Source: Anaerohalosphaeraceae bacterium
GTDB lineage: Bacteria > Planctomycetota > Phycisphaerae > Sedimentisphaerales > Anaerohalosphaeraceae
Reading direction: 5' to 3'
DNA length: 64,000 bases
Assembly (NCBI GenBank): GCA_963675525.2
Contig: CAXXSL010000016.1
Location: 640,001 to 704,000 of the forward strand
The notes under the pieces were generated by a model that ran no database searches, was not told the origin of the DNA, and saw nothing but the letters and a program-made list of their open reading frames with translations. Position 1 is the first letter of the stretch, and each line of letters begins with the position of its first letter. Shown piece by piece: positions 58,436 to 64,000 of this stretch. The translations under genes were made by a program, and so were the position numbers.

Positions 58436-60967
58436 TTATAGTTGAGTTTGTTGTGTTTGCGGATTCAATGCGACAACCTGCGGCGGCTTGCGCTTTGGCG
58501 GCCACGCCAGCAAAATAATGGCCGGGATAAAAAATACCACCGATGCGAACATCGCGCCGTCTACGGCTTTACTGACCTTTTCGAATATCACCCCTGCAGG
58601 TTTGCCCACAAGTGACTCTTCAATATAAATTGAATTGGCCGTCCCAAAGACAACCGTCAATGCCAGTGTTAAGAGTCCCACCGCAATCATAAAGCGAACA
58701 ATATGAGCGGCGCCGAACCGCCTGCGCGAGATCAAAATAAATATCAAGGCAACGGCTAATAAGCAAAAACTGACCATCATAATGATATTTTCAAAAGCAA
58801 CCGGCCAGTTCGGCGCCCCCCAGAATCGCTCTATTTCAGCAGGCAGATCATCCGGAAGACATGCCGCGACAATGGTCATCAAATGTATCGCGCAGCCGAT
58901 TAACGACAGTAGTGAAATAATCATCAGCAAATATCCAAACAAACCGAATAAGACTGAAAAAACTCCCGCTTTGGCCGTCGGGTCTTCGATCACGATCGTC
59001 GTGGTTCTCGAATCGGACGACGGGGCGGGAATCGGCGCTTCATATTGCGGATGGTGACCGGCTGCCGCATTGGCCTGCGCCGGCTTAGCCGGGGCAGGCG
59101 GTATCGGATACGGCTGCTTTGGGGTTCTTCTACCGCCTTCCCAAACAAGCAGTTTCCGTCCCTGTTTGTCACGAAACTCACCCGAAAGGATCAGAATAAA
59201 ATCAATCAGTTGACCAATCCCTAACAGCCCTCCCGTGAAAAGCCACAGCAGGCCCGTTCCGATCTTGCCGACATAAAAACGGTGCAGTCCTGCGAACGGC
59301 ACCAGAAATACAATCCCGCATAATATGGCCGCCACCGAACGTTTACAGGGGCTGGTTCCCGCAGGTATGATTCCAACCGACTTGGGAATAGGTCTTGGAG
59401 CCGGTTTCGGTACTTCTTTTTGGGGTTTTGCGACATCTTTGGCGCCGACAAAAGGACACAGAATCTGAACATACAGGCAGACACCGGCCACCACGGCGAT
59501 GCTGATGATCGGCTGGCCGTCAAAAGCACTCGCGATGCCAAATGAAAAAACGCCGATACCGATAGCCGGAGCCAACGAAACACGGTTCTTTCGATAGACG
59601 CTGGTCAACTTCCACCAATTCGGAATCGCCAACACGAGCAACGCTAAAAAAGTTCCCTCGAAATAGGACCTCATAAATTCGGCCGGACCGCCTTGGGACA
59701 CAAAATAAAATGCCAGAGCCGCCAAAAGAATGGCAACCACCGAAGCCGCCAAATTGCGAAACGGCTTTGAGTCCATTTCCTTAAGCAGCCTGTACCGTAC
59801 CAGTAAAATCCCGCCGGTACCGCCGAGGATCATCAAAAATGTCAGGAAAGCGATGCCGCCGACTTCATTATTTCTGTGTCCGGTCAACAAGCCCGCCGCA
59901 AGCGACAAAACCCCGCTGGTCAGTAGTGCCAGCAAAATACGCTGCTTTTTTTCCATCGGATCTTTGGCGGCCGCCGACTTGAGCTCTTCATCGGATTCCT
60001 GGTAAAAAATATTGTGGGCCGCCTCAGCTTTACTATAAAGAAAATCGGCCTTACTCTGCTTTTTGGTATTGTTTACCGACGCAGCTGCGACAGGTTGCTT
60101 TTGCATCTTCGCCGCTACCTGTCCGGCCACGATCGAAAGTTCCATCGGGCTGAACTGCGACATGCTTTGCCGAACACTTTCGGCCCCGAACACATCCTCG
60201 ACCATCTCTTTGACGGTCCCGTAGCGGTCCTTCGGGTCGCGTGCCATGGCTTTTTTGATCACCCGCGCAAATGTTTCATCCACACCGCTCAAATCGGGAG
60301 ATGCGCTCATGTGTTTCATTAACACTTCGGCCGGACTGGCTCCGATATAGGGAAGCTGACCGGTCAGCATCTCGTACAGCATCACCCCCAGCGCATAAAT
60401 ATCAATACTGCGGTCATATTTACCCACGCCGATTTCCGGCGCCATGTAATGAACCGTCCCGACGGTGATCGTCTGGTTGCTGTAGCGGCTGGTATTGATC
60501 GCCTTACTCAGCCCGTAATCGCCGATCTTGACCTGACCGTCTTCGTAAAAAATATTGCCGGGCTTAAGGTCCCGATGCACGATCCCGCTGTCATGCAGAT
60601 AGTTGAGCCCCTTGGCGATCTCGCGCAAAAAGAAAGCCGTTTTTTGAACCCCCAGCCCGCCGGATGAGGACTGGATCATGTCCGCCAATGACGGACCGGA
60701 CACATATTCCATGATAACAAACAGCTTGCCGTCGTCGTTGTACTTGGCGTCAAACACCGTAACCAGGTGCGGATTCTTCAGATTCATGCACTGCTGAATC
60801 CCGCGCAGCTCGATCTGTTCGTAGGTCTGCACCGCTTTGAGCGCGACTTGCCGGCCGGTATCGCTGGTCGCATAGTACACCTCGCCAAAGCCGCCCCGCC
60901 CCACGGCTCGCTCGATCGTATACCCGGCCAAAGGTTTGTCGCCATGTTGGTACTGGTATTTTGCCAT
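58436..60967 (-). CDS. Hanks-type Ser/Thr protein kinase with a multi-pass membrane region and a TM2 domain
   Basis: GRGGFGEVY, VALK, HRDLKPGN, DYG and YMAPE; TM2 motif GLHRFYVGKIGTGLLWLFTGG. Confidence 0.93.
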   Translation of the reverse strand: MAKYQYQHGDKPLAGYTIERAVGRGGFGEVYYATSDTGRQVALKAVQTYEQIELRGIQQCMNLKNPHLVTVFDAKYNDDGKLFVIMEYVSGPSLADMIQSSSGGLGVQKTAFFLREIAKGLNYLHDSGIVHRDLKPGNIFYEDGQVKIGDYGLSKAINTSRYSNQTITVGTVHYMAPEIGVGKYDRSIDIYALGVMLYEMLTGQLPYIGASPAEVLMKHMSASPDLSGVDETFARVIKKAMARDPKDRYGTVKEMVEDVFGAESVRQSMSQFSPMELSIVAGQVAAKMQKQPVAAASVNNTKKQSKADFLYSKAEAAHNIFYQESDEELKSAAAKDPMEKKQRILLALLTSGVLSLAAGLLTGHRNNEVGGIAFLTFLMILGGTGGILLVRYRLLKEMDSKPFRNLAASVVAILLAALAFYFVSQGGPAEFMRSYFEGTFLALLVLAIPNWWKLTSVYRKNRVSLAPAIGIGVFSFGIASAFDGQPIISIAVVAGVCLYVQILCPFVGAKDVAKPQKEVPKPAPRPIPKSVGIIPAGTSPCKRSVAAILCGIVFLVPFAGLHRFYVGKIGTGLLWLFTGGLLGIGQLIDFILILSGEFRDKQGRKLLVWEGGRRTPKQPYPIPPAPAKPAQANAAAGHHPQYEAPIPAPSSDSRTTTIVIEDPTAKAGVFSVLFGLFGYLLMIISLLSLIGCAIHLMTIVAACLPDDLPAEIERFWGAPNWPVAFENIIMMVSFCLLAVALIFILISRRRFGAAHIVRFMIAVGLLTLALTVVFGTANSIYIEESLVGKPAGVIFEKVSKAVDGAMFASVVFFIPAIILLAWPPKRKPPQVVALNPQTQQTQL

Positions 60968-60994
60968 CTTCTCTGTCCTGTCCTTACCTTCTAA

Positions 60995-62563
60995 TTATTT
61001 ATATGTCGTCAGAATAAATCGAAAGTCCCCTGTTTCAATCTGTTTGTCCATCGGCAGCGCCTGTCCTGCGCCGACTGCGCATCCGTCCGCATAAACCGGC
61101 TGACTGCTGCGGCACCGGAGCCGACCGTCCTGCAAAAACAAGGTGACCGCTTCGGGAATCTGCCCGCTTTGGACATGATTATTGCGTTCGGGTCCGATCA
61201 GGATTTCGCGATCCATCAGGACCACGCCGCTGATGTCAGCACGGGGAAACCGTCCGCTGGACGGGATCAGGCAGGCCGTGTTGCTGGCCGGATTCGGCAG
61301 GGTAAACTTAAACCGGCAGCGCGGTGACAACTCGACGCGGTCGCCGTCTCCGAGAAGCTGTTTGCCGGTACTCCCGGCATCGCCAAAGAAATAATCGCCG
61401 TCGATGCGCTCGATCTGCCGGGGCCGAACATCCGGCGCCGTTACCAACTCAATGTCCGACCGCGTCGAAGAACTCACCGGGCCCATCGTGACGCGGTCAT
61501 CGCATAAAACATGATAAGCACCGATGCCGTCCATCTGAAGAATAAATCGTGTTTTCATATTCAAATCCTTGTTGCGTTGAATACAAGGAACCTCATTAAT
61601 CTCGGGGATCGGCCGAGCCATTTTCCCCGCCGCCGGCTGTTGAGAAACTCCCGACAGCGCGATGCTCTCAAGAATCCCCAGCGGGCCGCCCTGCAATCCC
61701 TGCTGTGCCGCGGCGGCCGTTTGCGCCTGGTCAATCGCCTTTGTTACCCAACCGGCCTTGGGCAGCAAAGTCTGAATTTTTCGCAGACAGACCACCGCCG
61801 CTTCATAATAACCCGTATTGATCTGCACAACCGCCTGGCGGCTGTACTCCACTGCCTGATGGTACGGCCGGAGCCTGTCACACCGGGCCGACAAACCGTT
61901 CAACTGATTCAACAATGACGACGCCGCATAGACCTGACCGTCGAGCAGATATCCCTGCAATTTTTCACAAGCCTGCTGGCCCATCCGATCAAGGATCGCC
62001 GCCGCTTCATGATGCAGACTGCCTCGAAGCCCGCTGCCCTGGTACACGCGCCAGGCTAATTCGACCTGCCCGTTCTTCAGCGCCTGCTCAACACGCGCAA
62101 CAGCCGAATCCTTTTCAACTTCCAGCAGCTCGGCATTTTTCAGTAGGTACTGCGCCTGCCGGTCATCCGTCTGAGCCAGAATTTTACGCCCGGTTGACAG
62201 CCAGCCGTTCTGCATTTGCTCTTTGGCCCGAGCCAACTGTTCGGCACGCTGCTGGGATTCGGCACGTTCCGACTCGATTTGCCCGCAGATCACCGACCGC
62301 AACTGAACCACATCAGGCACGTTGCCGGCCAGCTTTTCCGCACGAAGGCAATCCTCAAGAGCCGGTGCCAGCCGGTTCGCCGCAAGATGCTCCTGTCCGC
62401 GCCGAACAAACGCCTGCGACAGTCGCGTCAACAGTTTCTGCCCGGAGCGGTGCTCCCGAAGCGACGGGTCTTTCAGCATTTCAAAAGCTTCGTCCAGCCT
62501 CCCGTCAGCCAGAGCAACCTGAGCACGTTTTAATTGAAAATCAAACACCTGTCGAACTCCCAA
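60995..62563 (-). CDS. Helical-repeat (TPR-like) protein with C-terminal FHA-like beta domains
   Basis: Ala-rich helical N-terminal part; C-terminal MDGIGAY...VTMG...L.DGDRVEL pattern; start uncertain (TTG). Confidence 0.65.
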   Translation of the reverse strand: MGVRQVFDFQLKRAQVALADGRLDEAFEMLKDPSLREHRSGQKLLTRLSQAFVRRGQEHLAANRLAPALEDCLRAEKLAGNVPDVVQLRSVICGQIESERAESQQRAEQLARAKEQMQNGWLSTGRKILAQTDDRQAQYLLKNAELLEVEKDSAVARVEQALKNGQVELAWRVYQGSGLRGSLHHEAAAILDRMGQQACEKLQGYLLDGQVYAASSLLNQLNGLSARCDRLRPYHQAVEYSRQAVVQINTGYYEAAVVCLRKIQTLLPKAGWVTKAIDQAQTAAAAQQGLQGGPLGILESIALSGVSQQPAAGKMARPIPEINEVPCIQRNKDLNMKTRFILQMDGIGAYHVLCDDRVTMGPVSSSTRSDIELVTAPDVRPRQIERIDGDYFFGDAGSTGKQLLGDGDRVELSPRCRFKFTLPNPASNTACLIPSSGRFPRADISGVVLMDREILIGPERNNHVQSGQIPEAVTLFLQDGRLRCRSSQPVYADGCAVGAGQALPMDKQIETGDFRFILTTYK

Positions 62564-62682
62564 ACGTCGGGTCTGCCTCCGGCCGGTCGAACAAAAAGCC
62601 GAAAACGCATTGTACCCAATTCCGTCACATTAAGCAAATCCTTCGCAAACGGGAATAATTCCCCGATTTGTCCGGTTCTGCG

Positions 62683-63498
62683 TTAATTCGAAACCACTTC
62701 CTCGGCACTGTCAATTGTATTTTCCCGCTGGAAATACTCGTCAACCTGCGTGACCAACTGGTCGGCGGAAACCTGATCGATAGGAATCGTTTGAACAAAT
62801 TTGCTTTCATGCGACAAAACACGCTCGGCGACATCCAGACGCTTTTTGATCTGTCCGAGAAGCTTTTCGGTCTGCGCCAGCTTGCTGTTGTCAACATGGA
62901 TCCCGGTGCCCACCGCTGAGGCCTTCAACAGACGGTACTGCCCTTCAAGACTCTGGATCCGCGAGGCTAAAATGCGTTTCTGAGACTTGGTCTTCTCCAG
63001 AAGCTGAACGGCCGCACGTAAGGATTTTTCACGGGTTTCGTACAACTTGTTTTTGCTGGCAAACACCAGCTCGGCCTCTTTATAGTTCTCAAACTGAGCA
63101 GCCAGTTCATCGGCCACCTCCTGCCGGGTAAATTTCCGGCTGCCGAAAGCGTAGCTGGCCTGCTCTTTTTCAAGCGTGTTCCGCAGTTTTTCAACCCGCT
63201 GCTTTTGCTGGCCGATCGCCGCTTCGCCTTCCTGAATTTCCTTCTTCAGCCCGGCGATCTCAACTTCTTCCTTGGCGATCAATTCAATATTCGCATGAAT
63301 TTCGGGCAATATTTCTTCCAACAGGTCCTGGGCCCGACGCAATTCAAATTCAATGGGCACCGCGTCCTTGACCTTGTCCTGAGTTATCTTGGCACTGCTT
63401 CGGACATAGCTGGATAAGTCCTTGCCAAACAACAGCCCGCCAACGATCAAAAACAGTACCAGCCCAATAAGTCCTCGTTTGATCCACTTGCTCATCAT
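62683..63498 (-). CDS. Membrane-anchored long coiled-coil protein (PspA/IM30-like)
   Basis: N-terminal TM, then VPIEFELRRAQDLLEEI and about 200 aa of heptad repeats. Confidence 0.65.
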   Translation of the reverse strand: MMSKWIKRGLIGLVLFLIVGGLLFGKDLSSYVRSSAKITQDKVKDAVPIEFELRRAQDLLEEILPEIHANIELIAKEEVEIAGLKKEIQEGEAAIGQQKQRVEKLRNTLEKEQASYAFGSRKFTRQEVADELAAQFENYKEAELVFASKNKLYETREKSLRAAVQLLEKTKSQKRILASRIQSLEGQYRLLKASAVGTGIHVDNSKLAQTEKLLGQIKKRLDVAERVLSHESKFVQTIPIDQVSADQLVTQVDEYFQRENTIDSAEEVVSN

Positions 63499-63555
63499 GA
63501 TTTTTCTCCTGAAAATGAGGTTTACATCGTTTTTTAGTCAATACCATTCATAGGT

Positions 63556-63584
63556 ATAGTCGCAGAGGCAGCGGTCTCATTTCA
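63556..63584 (-). promoter_or_regulatory. Putative ECF-type promoter (TGAAAT-N16-CGACTA) for the PspA-like...ECF operon
   Basis: Bipartite motif about 60 nt upstream of the first gene; resemblance to ECF promoters only. Confidence 0.3.
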
Positions 63585-63730
63585 GGAAATTTATGAAGAA
63601 GCAAATAAATTCAACATCCCGATGAAATCGGCAGCGCCGCCAAGATATGACATTGCCGAAGGATGTCCGCATTCCCCTCTTTTTTCATAAGTGCTTTTAA
63701 TAAAATAAGATGCGAGTATTTCCGGTAAGG

Positions 63731-64000
63731 TTAGTCGTTGGAAACTTCTGTTTTGTGGGATATGTATTTTCGCAGTTTTTCTTCAAGTGAGTTTAGATCG
63801 ATCGGCTTGGTTATATAGTCATTGCACCCGGCTTCAAGGCACTTTTCTTCGTCGCCGACCATCGCAAACGCTGTTTGTGCTATAATGGGCGTTGTTATTC
63901 CTCTGGCCCGGAGTTCTTCGGCGGCCTTATAGCCGTTCAAGTGCGGCATGTGCATATCCATCAATATTAAGTCGTATTCCTGTTTAAGTGCCATTCGCAC
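63731..64000 (-). CDS. Response-regulator receiver domain (3' end of a probable hybrid histidine kinase; truncated by the window edge)
   Basis: [13 protein letters not shown] and [10 protein letters not shown]. Confidence 0.88.
   Translation of the reverse strand: MRMALKQEYDLILMDMHMPHLNGYKAAEELRARGITTPIIAQTAFAMVGDEEKCLEAGCNDYITKPIDLNSLEEKLRKYISHKTEVSND

Overview
Bacterial chromosomal window. It most resembles Planctomycetota, class Phycisphaerae (Sedimentisphaerales-like), inferred from a DUF1559/H-X9-DG pilin-like protein, planctomycete-type dockerins, DPN-rich secreted proteins and an ECF plus Ser/Thr-kinase operon. Layout: (1) 1-4.5 kb housekeeping genes (tatD, hemW, pssA, psd) with two kinds of intergenic palindromic repeat. 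(2) 4.8-10.7 kb secreted-protein locus: a dockerin/cohesin-like protein; a signal-peptide protein that fuses a C39-like peptidase to its own double-glycine leader and an 8-Cys C-terminal peptide; a DUF1559 prepilin-like protein; and a convergent ECF sigma/anti-sigma pair. (3) 11-54 kb polysaccharide and sugar-acid catabolic region: uxaE-uxuB-LarA-family epimerase-kinase-gnd (frameshifted)-uxaC, ROK, TRAP, URO-D-like, eda, kdgK, GH105, kduD, kduI, DUF4861, IclR, GH106, two modular secreted glycanases, galM, GH2, and a rhamnose operon with an ASRT protein, an NCS1 permease and AraC. (4) 54-64 kb: an orphan pilin, a secreted Ig-domain protein, a PspA-like/FHA/Ser-Thr kinase/membrane protein/ECF operon, and a partial receiver domain. 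The best candidate for an undescribed system is the apparently self-processing C39-GG-leader-Cys-rich fusion at 6262-7950 and its operon. I recognised no rRNA, tRNA, CRISPR array or transposase. All family calls come from motif recognition by eye; no database search was run.
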